A DNA stretch of 63,685 nt, filler included, from Gonapodya sp. JEL0774 (taxonomy: Eukaryota): NCBI GenBank assembly GCA_027604505.1. It is 24 parts of 24 records of this genome, joined end to end, with 100 filler letters (N's around TTAATTAATTAA, not from the genome) between each part and the next. Parts side by side here need not be neighbours in the genome. Positions count along the whole stretch, not along the records: positions 24,010 to 26,572 come from JADIIX010001843.1; positions 26,673 to 29,235 come from JADIIX010001844.1; positions 29,336 to 31,894 come from JADIIX010001845.1; positions 31,995 to 34,553 come from JADIIX010001846.1; positions 34,654 to 37,211 come from JADIIX010001847.1; positions 37,312 to 39,867 come from JADIIX010001848.1; 18 more parts are not named here. One strand, given 5' to 3'. The translations under genes were made by a program, and so were the position numbers. Shown here one piece after another: positions 24,010-37,535 of this stretch (position 1 is the stretch's first letter; the number at the start of each line of letters is the position of its first letter). Below the pieces are notes generated by a model. The model was given only the letters and a program-made list of their open reading frames with translations. It was not told where the DNA came from and searched no databases.

Positions 24010-26221
24010 GCTGTGAAATTGGAGGTGTGAACAGGTTCGGATTTGTCCGTATCATCCGACAGAATTGGTGGTGCGCCGGGCGGCTTCGGAGGCGGAATCT
24101 CAAACACATCGCCGGGCACCAACTGATCGCTCGTGAGCTTGATCCAAGAGTGGGTCGTCCCCAGGTGTCCATTTTCACCTACGGCACCGTACGACCCACC
24201 ATTTAGAGGAGCTGCAGCAACCTTTTCAATGGGCCTCCAAACCCACACTTCACCAACCCATCTAGCCATTTCTCGCATTCTCCGCATATTGGCACGAGTC
24301 TCAATGAGAGTTTGGATCACACCCGCCAAACTAATGAGGCCAATCACAACGGCGTAGTAGTAGTACGAATCTGAGAGCCAAAGAATGATGGAGCATATTT
24401 GAAATATGTAGAATGGATTGAGCACTTCTCCAACGAGAAGGTCTAGTATCGAGACTTCCGGAGGAGCGACCAAGTTCGGTCCAAAGAGTTTGAAACGACC
24501 CTCCACAGTGCGGTTGTCCGGAACCCCGCGGAGCGCACGGGGCACAGACTCCCAGCTCGGATCTCTCCAGTGAAGGATTGGATGAAACACTTTGGTAAGG
24601 GGATTGTAGGCAAATCGGTAGCAGTGGTAGGAAAAGGTCGTTAGGAAAGGCAAGGGGTGAATTATGGGAGCGGTGGAGCGAGATTTGATGGAGTGACGAC
24701 GGCGTTTGTGGTGATAGTGGTTGTGCACGTGACCGGATGCGGAAACTGGCGGTTTGATCGATTGTTGTGGTGAGAGACGCGGTTCTTGCACAAGAACTCC
24801 AAACGCCCCTTGCTCCTGTTTCTCCTGCCCTGTCGCTACAAGAATTTGTGGGGCACCGTTCAACGGCTTATGGCCCTCTTCCGAGGCACCGTCAGCAGTT
24901 AGAACGGCTTCCTCTGATCCTTCCTCTTCCTCGTCATCTTCTGGGTCGGGTGGAAAGACTTCCTCAACTGTCCCTCCAAACTCAATCCTCTCCACGGGCT
25001 CCACATCCTCTTGGTCCCAGTTGTTGGTAATATGCACGAACCGTGCGTGGCGGAGAGGGCAGGATGTGAAGAGGAGGCGGACACGAAGGGACGGCACCCA
25101 GTGGCAAACCAGTGGAACAATTCCTGGTGGTGTATCCAAGAGTACATCCAATTGAAGGAAAATGTATGGACTAGAGTAGTCGGTCGCGTGCGCTCACCAA
25201 GAGATAAGACGGATAAAATGAAGAAAAAGGTAACCTTCCAAAATGGTTTGCGATAACCCTTTACAGTAACCAGGAGATCCTCATCGAGCGTAAACTCCTG
25301 TTCATCTCCAGACGGCGAAAGCCAAAATTCATTGTCGTCACTGTCAGACTCTTCCTCTCCCTTGGATGGTGAACGCCAAAACAAAATGCGGTCCCAAAAT
25401 GTAGGTTGTTTTGGAAGAGGAGATTCAGGGAAGTTCTCGTGATCATGTCCATGTGAAGAGTCACCAGAATCTAGTCGGAGGAGTGGCGACGCCTCGGTGG
25501 GTGGCTCTCTGTCTTCAAAATCACCACCGTCATGGCTCACGGCAGACCTCGCAGAGGCGGGATGCCGGTGGTACCGTGGGGACCCCAGAGATCCAATCGA
25601 AATGACCGGTGCAGAGGCATCGAGGGAACTTAATGGCTCAACGCCAGGTGAAGTTCCATCTGCCGTGTTGAACGAGTGCAACCAATCAGGTGTGCGTGAT
25701 TCAGCGCCAGAGACGGAGGATGCCCGGCCTTGAACATAGTAGACCTGGCGCTCCAAAAAATGAGTTGCGGGATGGATGTAATGACGTTTGATGACAAAAC
25801 TCACCTTCGGTCGTTTGGAATGTCCAGTAGAACGAGACCACGTCTCCCATCTCTCCTCGTCGCCACCTCGTCCTTCCTCCGCTCGATTTTCCTGTGAGCG
25901 TCCACGTGCATCTTCTTTCCACTCGCTTTCGTCTTCCAGGCTGATGCTGTCATCGTCATCGCTGTGAGTGCTTCTAGAAGGAGACGACGTCTCTTCTTCG
26001 CCATCCGACATTGTCGGCAGTACATCATCATCCAGGAATGAAAGAGCAGTATGAGACCGTCCATAAATGTCTGTTCCAGGCTCAGGCAAGTCTTCGGTAC
26101 CCTCGATGGTGAAGACGCTGATATTCTGCGGGGGAGGACCCACCTCCCCCTCACCCGACTGAGAACGGGCAGCGCCATTGGAGAGGTCGGGCTCCAAATC
26201 GGACCGACTATCACCACTCAT
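24010..26221 (-). CDS. P5B-type ATPase (Ypk9/ATP13A-like), N-terminal part
   Basis: FGPNLV..., EVLNPFYIFQICSIILWLSDSYYYYA and SDQLVPGDVFEI. Long acidic N-terminus. One short intron at ~25151-25197. Confidence 0.9.
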
Positions 26222-26672
26222 GCTCTACGCGTCGGGCCAATTCGATGCGGGCGTGTCGCGCGTTGTTGCAGTGTTGTCTTCTTGAAGGTGGTTCGGACCT
26301 CGGTGAGCTGCATTTTGCATAACCGCACCACACTGAACAGGCAGACCTTTCCCACTAACATGTTTCATCCACTAAACGCTCGTCATCGCTACGGTGTACT
26401 AGATGGTTTGATTTTCATTCACTCGGTGGAATCACTACACGATATACAGGGCAACGGATGGCTGACGTCATATTGCTCCCATTGATGACATGCAAAACAT
26501 TCTCCCAGTATGAACCATTTACGCTGACGCACAGTAGAGCATTACTGTGTGCTTGGCCCCACACTCCCTCACNNNNNNNNNNNNNNNNNNNNNNNNNNNN
26601 NNNNNNNNNNNNNNNNTTAATTAATTAANNNNNNNNNNNNNNNNNNNNNNNNNNNNNNNNNNNNNNNNNNNN

Positions 26673-27069
26673 GTGATGTGGCATACTTGATTCTCTCATG
26701 TGGGATGTAAAGCAGTGCTCTTCCATTCAAGGCAGGTGGAATGGAAATCAAATAATTATCGGCCGGCGGATATTCAAGTCCGATATCATATGGGTTCGGT
26801 GACGAGGGACGTGGTTTATGCAGAAGAAGTAGAATGTGGGGAAGAAGAGGCATGGGCGTTACGTTGTGGTCGGCACTGGGCCGTCCATTCCAAGCGGTAC
26901 GGTAACTTTTCTGGAACGTGGCGCGAATGCAGGAGATTCTCGCATGAGAAAGAAAGCGCTCTCAGAGCCGAAAAAGTGGGGATACACCGATGTCGTAGAG
27001 CGTATTAGTTTCGATGATCGGGGTTGCCTCTCCGCACCATCATCATCATGCCGTGACGTTTTCACGTGA
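26673..27069 (+). pseudogene. Ankyrin-repeat gene fragment with an apparent frameshift
   Basis: TVTFLERGAN...KKALSEPKKWGYTDVV resembles the C-terminus of the adjacent ankyrin gene. The homology is split over two frames. Confidence 0.4.
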
Positions 27070-27656
27070 ATCCTATAGGTCACTGTATCAAATTCATCTA
27101 CATTGGTTACTCAAGGAGCACGTGAAGGTTCGCGGGAGCTTAAGATCCCTCGCTTATAAATTGCCTCCGTCTATTACAACAAGGTCCTGGTCCAGCTCGT
27201 CCCTCAAGCTCTCCCGAACAAACGCTCGGACATGCACAAGACCTGTAGTGAGCAATTTCTCTGACTGCAATTTGTGTTTGAGGGTGTTGGGAAGATTGCA
27301 GAGAGACACTAGTAGTACTTGTTGAGTGAACCCAGTTGGAAGTCCGATGCGATGAGGAAAATACTAGCGCTCAATACGGTGAAGGACTTCCGCGGGGAGG
27401 TCGGGGTGTTTGGTTGCCATTGGAGACATTTGCGACTTGTCCTTTGACGTAATTATATGAATGCGAAGAGGTGAAGACGAGCGTATCGTTCTCGGTCAAG
27501 GAAAGGGAAACAAAAACAAGGGGAGCAAGAAGAAATAACGTGTCCTACGTAAACCGGACGCGCTGAGTATCAAAAACTAAGTGTCGTTCCTGGTCTGCCG
27601 GTCTGAGCAGGTGCTGCGACCGAGCGGATCAGGAGGCCTCGCCAATACCCAAACCA

Positions 27657-28601
27657 ATGTCGACCATCAAAGTCACGATCACGGACCTGCCTACTGAAAT
27701 CCTCCTACGTATCGGGGAGTTGTTGCCTTATCGACTGGGCTTCCCAACCGGCGCGCTCAACCGCGCTTTGCTGGGGATCTTCCGCCAACCGCACAGTATC
27801 GCCGTCCGCGCCATCGCTCACTACACTTCTGGCGCCGCGGCTCTTGTACATGAATGTCGAAGGCTGGGACCAACCCAGCATCTGGTCGTCGAGGCCATGT
27901 GTGCGCGTCTGTCCCGGATCCAAGGCCATCGGTACGACTTGAACACGTACAGGGCCAGAGAAAGATCGTGGCACGCCAACGCCATCTCCCCGTTGAACGC
28001 CGCGGCAAGTGCGGGAAATGCCGAGACGGTTCGTGTGCTCTTCGCGCTCGGTGCACAGTGTGACGAGGGTGGCAACTCCCGGCGACCGCTGGTCAGCGCA
28101 TGTGAACAGGGACACCTCGAGGTGGTGAAATTGATCGTGGAGAAGGACCCTCACATACAGACAAATATTGGCATGGCACTGTACGTGACCTCGAGCGGAG
28201 GGCACCTGGACGTTGTGCGGTACCTGCTGACCGCTGCGGTCGCAATATTTGGTGCGCCCATCGATGTCCAAAGCTGTCTCACTACAGCATTGCGCCGCGG
28301 ACATATGGATGTTGTGCGGCTCCTCCTAGAGGATCACGGAGGGGCGGATGTTCTCCAAGATGAGCCCGAGGCGCTTTGGTACGCTGTGATGTACGGGAGT
28401 GCGGAGACGGTCCGGTTCCTGCTGGATCGAGGAGCGGATCCCGAGGTTGAGTCGGAGCTCAGACGTGAGGCGATTCAAACGGCCAGGAGTGAGGAATGGA
28501 CGCATATTTTGGATATGATTGGAGAGTCGTATGACAGTACTGACGACGAATCTTCAGAAAGTAGCGGGGAATCAAATGACTCAGACGAGTCATCGAGCTG
28601 A
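27657..28601 (+). CDS. Ankyrin-repeat protein with F-box-like N-terminus, intronless, 314 aa
   Basis: ITDLPTEILLRI, then repeats SPLNAAASAGNAETVRVL, ACEQGHLEVVKLI, GGHLDVVRYLL and GHMDVVRLLL. Confidence 0.9.
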   Translation: MSTIKVTITDLPTEILLRIGELLPYRLGFPTGALNRALLGIFRQPHSIAVRAIAHYTSGAAALVHECRRLGPTQHLVVEAMCARLSRIQGHRYDLNTYRARERSWHANAISPLNAAASAGNAETVRVLFALGAQCDEGGNSRRPLVSACEQGHLEVVKLIVEKDPHIQTNIGMALYVTSSGGHLDVVRYLLTAAVAIFGAPIDVQSCLTTALRRGHMDVVRLLLEDHGGADVLQDEPEALWYAVMYGSAETVRFLLDRGADPEVESELRREAIQTARSEEWTHILDMIGESYDSTDDESSESSGESNDSDESSS

Positions 28602-29335
28602 GGATCCTTGTGTCACATGTTGTATGTAAAAGATGTGTGATACGGGAAGACGATTGTGTAGACTGCAGTGACCCGGCATATTCCCATCGGTCGTATGCGT
28701 GATGCGTCTTTGAATGAAAACGCGCACTCAAGACCACAATAGTATGTATTCTTCCAACACACCCTCGGGCAGCATTTGCTCCCTCCTCGCGTGCGCGTAT
28801 GGGACTTCCCGCTCCACCCGCCTCCGTGTACGAGTCCCACAGCCGGAGCAGAAGAATCCCAAAGCAAAGATTGTGCGAGACAATCGTGGGTGCCCCGGTC
28901 GTGGACATGGTGAGCAATACTGGAGCGGGCAAGGGAGAAGGTAGGAACCAACCCACCTTCGAGAGTCAGAAGCAGGACTTCCCTGCTCGAGTACCTTGTC
29001 GGCCGTGTCGACCTCCATGAGTTGAGAGCATGGCTGCGACTGGGAAACGAGAAATGAAATCACGAAGCGTCCAGTTACTACCGTAAAACCACGAGGAGTG
29101 CAACAATATGCATCCGGGCACGGTTGCAGCAAAGTCTCACCATGGTGTGGGAGGGCGGGATTTTGATAGAGATTTGTATCGTATCACAAGTAGCAGAGAA
29201 GTTAGATGAACATAAGCTGGAGCATTGAATTTATANNNNNNNNNNNNNNNNNNNNNNNNNNNNNNNNNNNNNNNNNNNNTTAATTAATTAANNNNNNNNN
29301 NNNNNNNNNNNNNNNNNNNNNNNNNNNNNNNNNNN

Positions 29336-31894
29336 AACGTACAACTGTAATGGTCCTAGAACCGACACGTACACTTTCCGGGTGTCTGTTGCAGATATCC
29401 AAGGGATTATATCGTGGCAGAAGGATTTCAACTCCCGCCTACCCACTGGAAGTGCTGTGAGACTTGAGCATGCTTTTGTGAGTTGCATGTGAACTCGTAT
29501 GTATTCCTTCGCTTGGAGACAATCACTTGTTGCACTAGAACGGAAACGGAATTCTTGCTCAAAACGGACCGGACCCAAACTGGTAAGCAAAGGCAACTAC
29601 TTGCGGGCAGTGTGGTTGATTTTCTGCGAGTCTCCCTCATCTATAATCTTTGTAGGATCGGTTTGTTTCATGCGTGTTTGATAAATGCTTTTCAAACAAC
29701 ATGTGTAACCTCTGTTCAAAGATCTCGGCACCGGAAGTGAAGTATCCGCTGAGTTTATCAAGCCTGCTGGAGCGGCTGGAGATGTCCGTGAGTTTCGTCC
29801 TGAAACGCATCCCAGGTGTGCGCGCTTGGAGCTCCGATGGTCACCTTGATCACCGTCCCGCTCCACAGTATGGCCTACCAACTTCAGTACGATGTGGTCT
29901 TCCTCGGACTTGGTAAGATATCATTCCAAAGGAATAGTCTGGATCAAGTTCACTAACGCATCTATTATCTTCAGGCTGCGGCCGATCCGCTGTACAACTT
30001 CTTCGTATCTGGTGGCATAGCGGCTGGGGACTTTACGTTCACCTCCCATACGTTCACAGTGAGTTTCTCGGAACGGTTAATTTCAGGCGCACAGCATACT
30101 TGAACATTGGCGGATGTCATGAACGCAGCATGAAAGCCTCGACAACACCTCCTCCAGCGATATCGACAATGAGCTAAAGACAAACATCAAAATGGCTGGC
30201 TCTGGATTTTTGAACCTGGTGGGAACTCAATGGTGGTCATCCACGTCCATGGTGACACCGGCGATCACGGGATTGCATAATGGTGAGTCTTGGTCAGTTG
30301 ATGTTTCGGGTCAAAACTGAGCCTGGGAACTGGCATTTTGTTCATATTGTCGTCATCAATGACCACTGGGATCTCCAGAATTTGCTCTTGCGACACTGAC
30401 TGCCAACGGCATTACCACCGTCGTGGGAGATAATTCCCGATCAGCTATAACAAACACCGCCAGCCCTTACGACTTCTTTATATCTACCACTGCATCGTCA
30501 AACTACGCTGGATATACCATAATCCCTCGGTGGCCTTGTCAAGTATTTTATTTTTGGTGAGGAAAACATAAGGAAATATGATTCCACGTTCTCGTAACGT
30601 CTGTTCTCATTCGTAGCACCCAACCCAATGAAATCGAGTACATATATAACAATATGTATAATGCTGTGAGTTCATTATTGGTTTTTTTTTCCGCTTTTGA
30701 ATACAAGATAACGGATATTTGATGTCATGTGCAGACCCTCGGCACATCTACTTGGGCTCAAATTCTTCAGCGGGAGCAAGACCGAGTATTAAGTTTGCTA
30801 CTTGGGATAAGGCATGATCCAACGGTAAGTTGCTTTTGATAAGTTATGAGACTTCCTTAGTGAGTAAACTGACGATCATCTTGATGCTGCTGAAAGATGT
30901 TCCATCAAGCGAACCTACGAAATAGTGACATGCCCACCGTCACAGTCGGCGGTGTGACTGGGAAGCTGGGACTTTTTCAGCAATGGATGGAGATGGTGTT
31001 TGTTGCTTACACTGCCTTGGTGGACTGGCCGGTCATCTCACTCGCAAGTATACCACAGTTTCCCTACATCGTGACGCATGATCCTGATTTCCTCGCATAT
31101 CTATGTGAATGATGGTTGGTTTACCTCAATACCAGAAAGGAGATGATATAGCGCAACTTTACCGTGACCGAGCCACCCGTGGCGCCTGTGGGGTTTCCAC
31201 CTTTTACGATCTTGTGGTTAGCGCTTCCGGCTCAGCAACTATATCTACAATTCGTGTGACAAGCTCGGGTTCCTGCGTGGTTCCAATCACGCTCCCAGCT
31301 GGAACCACAGTGACGTCTGGTCAGACGGTCGAGCAGTATGGGAACGATCTGCCGGTGAGTCTCGTCACAGAGAGACAGCAATATTCCAGTTTTATCTGAC
31401 AGGCGTATCCATTTAGACCGTTTGGGTGAATGCTGTCGCGGGGTCCACTCACACTATCACCTTCACACCTTCAATCACGCTGTGAGTCTCATGCGGATTC
31501 GTTTCATCAAGTGCTCCTGGACTCAAGAAAGCTGTTTTGCATTTTGCTCTCAGTACTGTATCTTCACAGCAGCCGTTCACTACCACCTTGCCGACGTCCG
31601 TGACTACCTCCTCTACCCAAGTTTCGAGCACTTCTATCGCTACATCAACAACAGCGACCCTGACTTCCTCTGCTCCGTTATCAACAACAAGCTTGCTCAC
31701 CACTTCGGTGGGCAAGGAAACTACGACTTTCGCAAGTTCCACCACTGCCGCCTCCACCACTGCGACGACTTCAATCAAGGAATTCATCACTTCCACCCAG
31801 ACACAAACCTCAGGCATGTCGGGAATAACCACCACTCCTGTAACTTCCGCAATCACGGGATCCACCTCCATGACATCGACCAAGGAAGGAACCT
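29336..31894 (+). CDS. Agd3-like polysaccharide (galactosaminogalactan) deacetylase, CE18, with Ser/Thr-rich tail; partial, many introns
   Basis: Spliced SHTFT|HESLDN, TPAITGLHNG, GITTVVGDNSR, IIPRWP and RHDP..MFHQANLR match Agd3-family motifs. Ser/Thr stalk at ~31570-31894. Confidence 0.8.
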
Positions 31895-31994
31895 NNNNNN
31901 NNNNNNNNNNNNNNNNNNNNNNNNNNNNNNNNNNNNNNTTAATTAATTAANNNNNNNNNNNNNNNNNNNNNNNNNNNNNNNNNNNNNNNNNNNN

Positions 31995-34553
31995 CTTTCC
32001 ATGCTTTTCACAACCTCCGTTTTGGATACCCTTTTCGGTGATCGCCCTCCAGATGTGCTCACATGCCTTCTCCCACCATGCCGTACTTCCTCACGTTCAT
32101 CCATGGGATCCGGTCTGATAGATGATGAGCGACCAGGACTTGAGTCCGATGTGAGAATCCTAGAAGAGTCCGAGGCATACTCTCGACTGGATCCCACCTC
32201 TGGACGCATGCTGTGTGACCGTTTCCGTTGCCTTTCGTTGTCGCGTTCATCCCGACCACGAGAGGAATCCTGTCTACCAGAGATGATTCCACCACCTAAT
32301 TCACTTCTCGCCCGGTGGCTCAGCTGCCTACTGCTACGTTGTCGCGACGTCTTCATAGACAGAAGCCTGAGTTTCTCACGAACTTCTTGTGCTAACCCAA
32401 CTCGTTCTTCCCTCTCATTCCCAAGCTGCTCCAGTGACCGCGCAACTTCCTTCATCACACTTTCGTACTCGTCCAGCTGCTGCCGCACATTATCCATTTC
32501 GGCTTTTGGGTCATTGATAAGATTTGCCTCTCGACCCGGGTTTTCCACCACCGCCTCCCTTCCAAACGTGGACATTCTAGACCGCACCGGGCTCCGACTA
32601 TGCTCTGGTGAGCGCAATCGATTTGATTCTTCCCCCATCACAACTCGAATACCTGGGTTTGACTCCGCTTCGTGAAGTTGAGCGCGGAGCGCCCCGTTCT
32701 CCTTCCGCTCCATTGTCAACTCTTCCCGAAGTCGGGGATGATCCTCAGTTTCCATCTCAAGAACTCGAACTTGAGACCGCAGAGTGCTGATTTGCTCGCG
32801 TTCGTTCCCAATATCAATGGTGAGTCGTTGGATAGTCTCGTTCGCCATTTCTAGTTTTCTCTCTGCCTCGGGAACTGCGGTGCTCATCAAGCGCAGCTGT
32901 TGTTCGAGTTGCTCAACTGAACGCAAGAGCTCGGCATTTTGCTCTCTTTCTGTGTGCAATTGCTTTTGGATTAGATCAACTCGTGCGCTGGAAGCGCTTG
33001 AGCGGTCTGTCTCGGATTTGAGCTGAGCTTCGAGTACCACAATTTTAGCAGCAAAGCTGTCCGCTCTGGCCTTCTCGTCTGCATGCTTCTCGAGCTGACT
33101 GATGAGTGCTTCGTTGCGCTCCGTCTCCATTAGCAGTTTCTCTTGAGCAGCCTTGACCTCGTCTTCGAGAGCTCGAAGTTTTTCGTGCCCGTGCGCAATT
33201 TCATCTTCGAGCCCAGAAACTCTGTCTTTAAGTTCTCGCTGCGCATCTCGTTCTCGGGTGAGATCTTCCGTGAGGAATTTAACTCGGTGCTGCAGTTCCA
33301 TGACTTCATTTTCCTATGGGCGGTTCGCATGCATGGCGAAGAACAAATCAGATCCCAGACGTCGCTGTCAGAATTCGAATACCATACTTACATCATCTTC
33401 GTAGCCTCCACCATCATTTTCAAACTCTATATCCACATCTCGGGTTCCGGTTGCCTCAATATCTGCGTCGTTCCCTTCAGATATTCCTTGGTTGGTGATG
33501 CCCGGTCGGGTAGACCTACGACGAGATTTACTGCGACCAATTTTCTTCATAAACGACGAGAAGTGATCTCGAAGATCTTGATTTGCAGCATTGAGCTTGT
33601 TGTGAGCTTCGGAGAGTTTCCGCTTTGTATCCGCCAACTCTGTCTCAAGACTCCGTAAAGTGCTCTCATAGCTCTGTTTCTGATCACGGATTTGTTTTTC
33701 AATTGCAGCGACATAAAGTTTAATGTACTCGCGGATCGCGATCTTGAGAGTCTCCAGATCTGAGGCGTCCCGAACGTCCCGCAAGGATCCCATAGGTTTG
33801 AGAGGCATTCCCGTGAACTGCAGTGTATCTGCTTTAAGTAGATCTAGTTGAGAAAAGAGTACCTGTGCAACCTCAGCTCCCGCTCGCAGATCACGAGGTG
33901 GCGATATATCATTCTCGGAGATTCCCCGAGTGGCTTGGGTCCTTTCAATTTCAGCTTCAAGGTCAACTGCTCTCGTCCTGGTTGCTTCAAGTTCCGCTTC
34001 TAGATTTTGAATTTCGTTCATTTTGCTTTCCAGCTCAGTGTCCTTGCTGATCACATGCCGCTTCAGTAAAGAGATCTCCTCTGCGAGTTCTGCTTCGCGA
34101 TGTTGGGCCACTGATCTGTCATGTTCTTTTGCGTCAGCCATAGCCCTCATTTTCCGAACTGCTGAAGAGAACTCTGCTAATAAACGACGCTCCGTATCTT
34201 GAAGTTTGGTTACAGTCTGGACATGCACAACGTCCAACAGTGAGCGAGTGGAGCTTTTCATCAATAACTTTGCATGTACTCACCTGACCAGCTGCCCGAA
34301 GCTCTTCGAGTTGCGTCTCGGACACTTTTATCATATTCAAGTTCTCAATTGATGGCGTTTCGGCTGTGCCGATAACAGCCTGCGCTGCTTCTCGGAGTTT
34401 TTTCCCCAAGAAGCTTGCTTCCGCCACCACTTCCTTGATGCGTCCTTCAAGGCTCCCAACAATATCCATGTATTTGGCCTCAGTCTTACGAACGGTGTTC
34501 TCAAGAGCTTCGCTGGCTCTCTGTGATAAATTGAGAGCATTTTCTTTTTCACA
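31995..34553 (-). CDS. Long coiled-coil protein, internal fragment
   Basis: Three large Glu/Leu/Arg-rich heptad exons (ORFs 34134-34469, 33368-34264, 31943-33301) separated by short introns. Confidence 0.75.
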
Positions 34554-34653
34554 NNNNNNNNNNNNNNNNNNNNNNNNNNNNNNNNNNNNNNNNNNNNTTA
34601 ATTAATTAANNNNNNNNNNNNNNNNNNNNNNNNNNNNNNNNNNNNNNNNNNNN

Positions 34654-35651
34654 ACATTTTGCCGTGTCAAACCGTGTCGTTCCTTCTCCCCAACATCACC
34701 GCGGTATTTTGCTTCAGCTACATCAACCTTCGCTTGGTTGACCGCGCCCTCGTGGGTTTTCAGGCGAAGGTACGAGAAGTACTCGGAGCCTGGTGTGTCT
34801 TGGAGTTGTTTGACGTTCGCGTTGTACTAAAATTAAAGAGGAACTACTCAGCATCGAGTTTGAGTAAGAGGACTGGGTGCAGCAGTAGCATACGATATAA
34901 AGACCGAAGTGGTCTAGTTCAGCCTGCACGTGTTTTATAACGTTCTCCAGCAACGAATAACGAGTTTAGAACACGAGTCTTCGTACCGTGACATCAGCAT
35001 GTCATGGATTACCTTTGAACATTCGTCTCTCTTTGAAAATTTCCTCCAGAGTCATGCTCGCAGCTGTTAGTTGGAGCGGAGGCGTCTCCCTTGTCAAGGA
35101 ACTCTGAGACCTTACAGTGCAAGTGCGCTCACCAATTACTCGAGTCTCCCCCTCGATGACACCTTTCACAATTTCATTTATATGATCTTCGTTTTTTGTG
35201 GCCAGCAATCTGGCGTACTTCTTTAGACTGGGTATGTCAACCTTGTCTTCCTCTGCCTTGGCCAGCAAAAGATCACCCTCAGAGGCAGTCGGTGCTGATG
35301 ATGCTCTCCCTAGTACCGCTCTAGGTCCAATGGTAAAGACAGCTGGGAGCTGGAACTCGAGCTTCTCGGCGGACATTACATGCAGTTGCAGAGGAAAGTT
35401 GGTTGGAGTAACCTCTAGAACAGAATACCTCTGCCCCGGAAAGACCCAGCACTTCTTGCTGATCTCCATATCTTCGATTCCGAGTCCCGTCTTGACGAGG
35501 TACTGGATCACGCGGGAATGGTAAGGAGTCCATTGAGAACATGATCGCGTTGAACTTATTTCGGAAGACGCCAGCCGAGTCACCCGAGCGATGATTGCAT
35601 CTGAATCACCTGTGTAGAGGCTGCCACGACAAATATGGGAATCATGGGCAT
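34654..35651 (-). CDS. Flotillin-like SPFH/band-7 protein, 3'-truncated
   Basis: [38 protein letters not shown]...[18 protein letters not shown]...[13 protein letters not shown]...[12 protein letters not shown]. Confidence 0.9.
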
Positions 35652-36084
35652 CGTTCAGACGTTGAAGTGAGTTCAATGATTGTTGGGGAGAGGATGAAGT
35701 GCCACGTTATTGGTATGAGCTGTCTTGGTGACAACGCTCGACGCTTTGTACTCATGTTTCGTGATTCGCTGGGTTTTACGTATACATTGCATGGACAAAC
35801 TTTGCGAGCATGCTACTGGTGAAGCCTGCAACTTGCTGCATGCGTTTTGGTAGGACATGATGTACAAGTGAATTCAACACAAACACTGTGATTCCAGAAA
35901 AGCTTCAAAACTCCCTTTTCTCGTTTAGATTACGTCATCTTTCTTGGAGTACTAAATATTTACCAAGTATTCTGGCAATATTCTGTGCGAGAATATGTAT
36001 GGATGGCGTCATCTCTTGCGGCACCCATTTACTGAAAGCCGCTCACCGACCCTCCTCAATTCACAAAAAGTCGCATCGACAAGC

Positions 36085-37211
36085 ATGCTCGGAAAAAATC
36101 AGATTAAACTCTCTCCCTCCGCTCGTGATGCTCTTGGTTCGAAGTTCACCACGGATTTCGGAGTTCCGGTAATAGAACTCCAATCGACCGAATCGTTCGC
36201 AGATCTCACATCTTCTCTGTCTCACCCTTGCAGCTTCCCACTACAGATGATTCACTGAAAGCTGGCAACCGCGGCCCGACTCTTTTAGAAGACTTTCACC
36301 ACCAGGAAAAGCAGCAGCAGTAAGCTCGCTCAGCGATGAGAAAGGTTACTATTACTTGTTCAACCACACTTTGACTATAGCTTCAACCGCGAACGCATCC
36401 CAGAGCGTGTTGTCCACGCCCGTGGGACCGGCGCATTCGGAGTTTTTGAGTGTTATGAGCCTCTCACAGCACTCACGCGAGCCAAGTTGTTTTCCGAGGC
36501 GGGCAAGAAAACTCCCATATTCATGCGGTTTTCGCAAGTGCAAGGCTCCAAGGGGAGTGCCGATCCCGTGAGGGATGTAAGAGGGACGGCGATCAAATTT
36601 TATACGGAAGAAGGTGTCTGGGACTTGGTGAGGTTTTGTTCAGTGAGGGATCTCCGACTCATTTTGTTCTGACTTTGAGATACACCCATTTTATCAGGTT
36701 GGCAACAACAGTAAGCTCGTGATCATGTAATGGATTGTGGATCTTTGTCGAACCCGATTGGTTCTCGCTCCAGTTCCCGTTTTCTTCATCCAAGACGGCA
36801 TCAAGTTCCCTGACCTTGTTCACGCACTCAAGCCTGAGCCGCAGCTCGATATGCCGCAGGCTCAATCTGCGCACAACAACTTCTGGGATTTCATCTCGAA
36901 AACGCCAGGTGAGTGCACGGCAGCGTACTGGGGACTGACGTCACTGATTATGGCTGCTGTGTCCCAAAATCAGAATCCCTTCACATGGTAATGTGGATAC
37001 TATCGGATAGAACAGTCCCTCACAACTACCGCTCAATGCAGGTGCGATTGAGTGCAGGGAGACCCGATGTTCGGCTCGATCCGTCTGTTATATGCAACTG
37101 GGTTGTTTATCCATCACCACAGGGTTTTGGCGTCCATTCGTTCATCTTCCAAAATGATAAAGGAGACGAGTCTTTTGTGCGGTTCACTTGGACACCCACA
37201 AGCAACGGAGT
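36085..37211 (+). CDS. Monofunctional heme catalase (large-subunit type), 3'-truncated
   Basis: [73 protein letters not shown] and GFGVHSF. Confidence 0.96.
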
Positions 37212-37535
37212 NNNNNNNNNNNNNNNNNNNNNNNNNNNNNNNNNNNNNNNNNNNNTTAATTAATTAANNNNNNNNNNNNNNNNNNNNNNNNNNNNNNNNN
37301 NNNNNNNNNNNGAGGCATCAGCACGCACCGTCTTCCTCGTACAGAGAAATCTTCTTCTGTAGACCTAATTGCGGCAGTGGATCCGCCGCCGACGATCGTA
37401 AGGTCATTCTTGCGGAATACATAGTTCTCTTGTGCAGACACGTTTTTTACACGCACCACACACCCACTGTCAAAGACAAAGGGCAAAAATTTAAATGCGC
37501 ATGCAATTAGTGTGACGTAAAGGGCATGTCATTTT

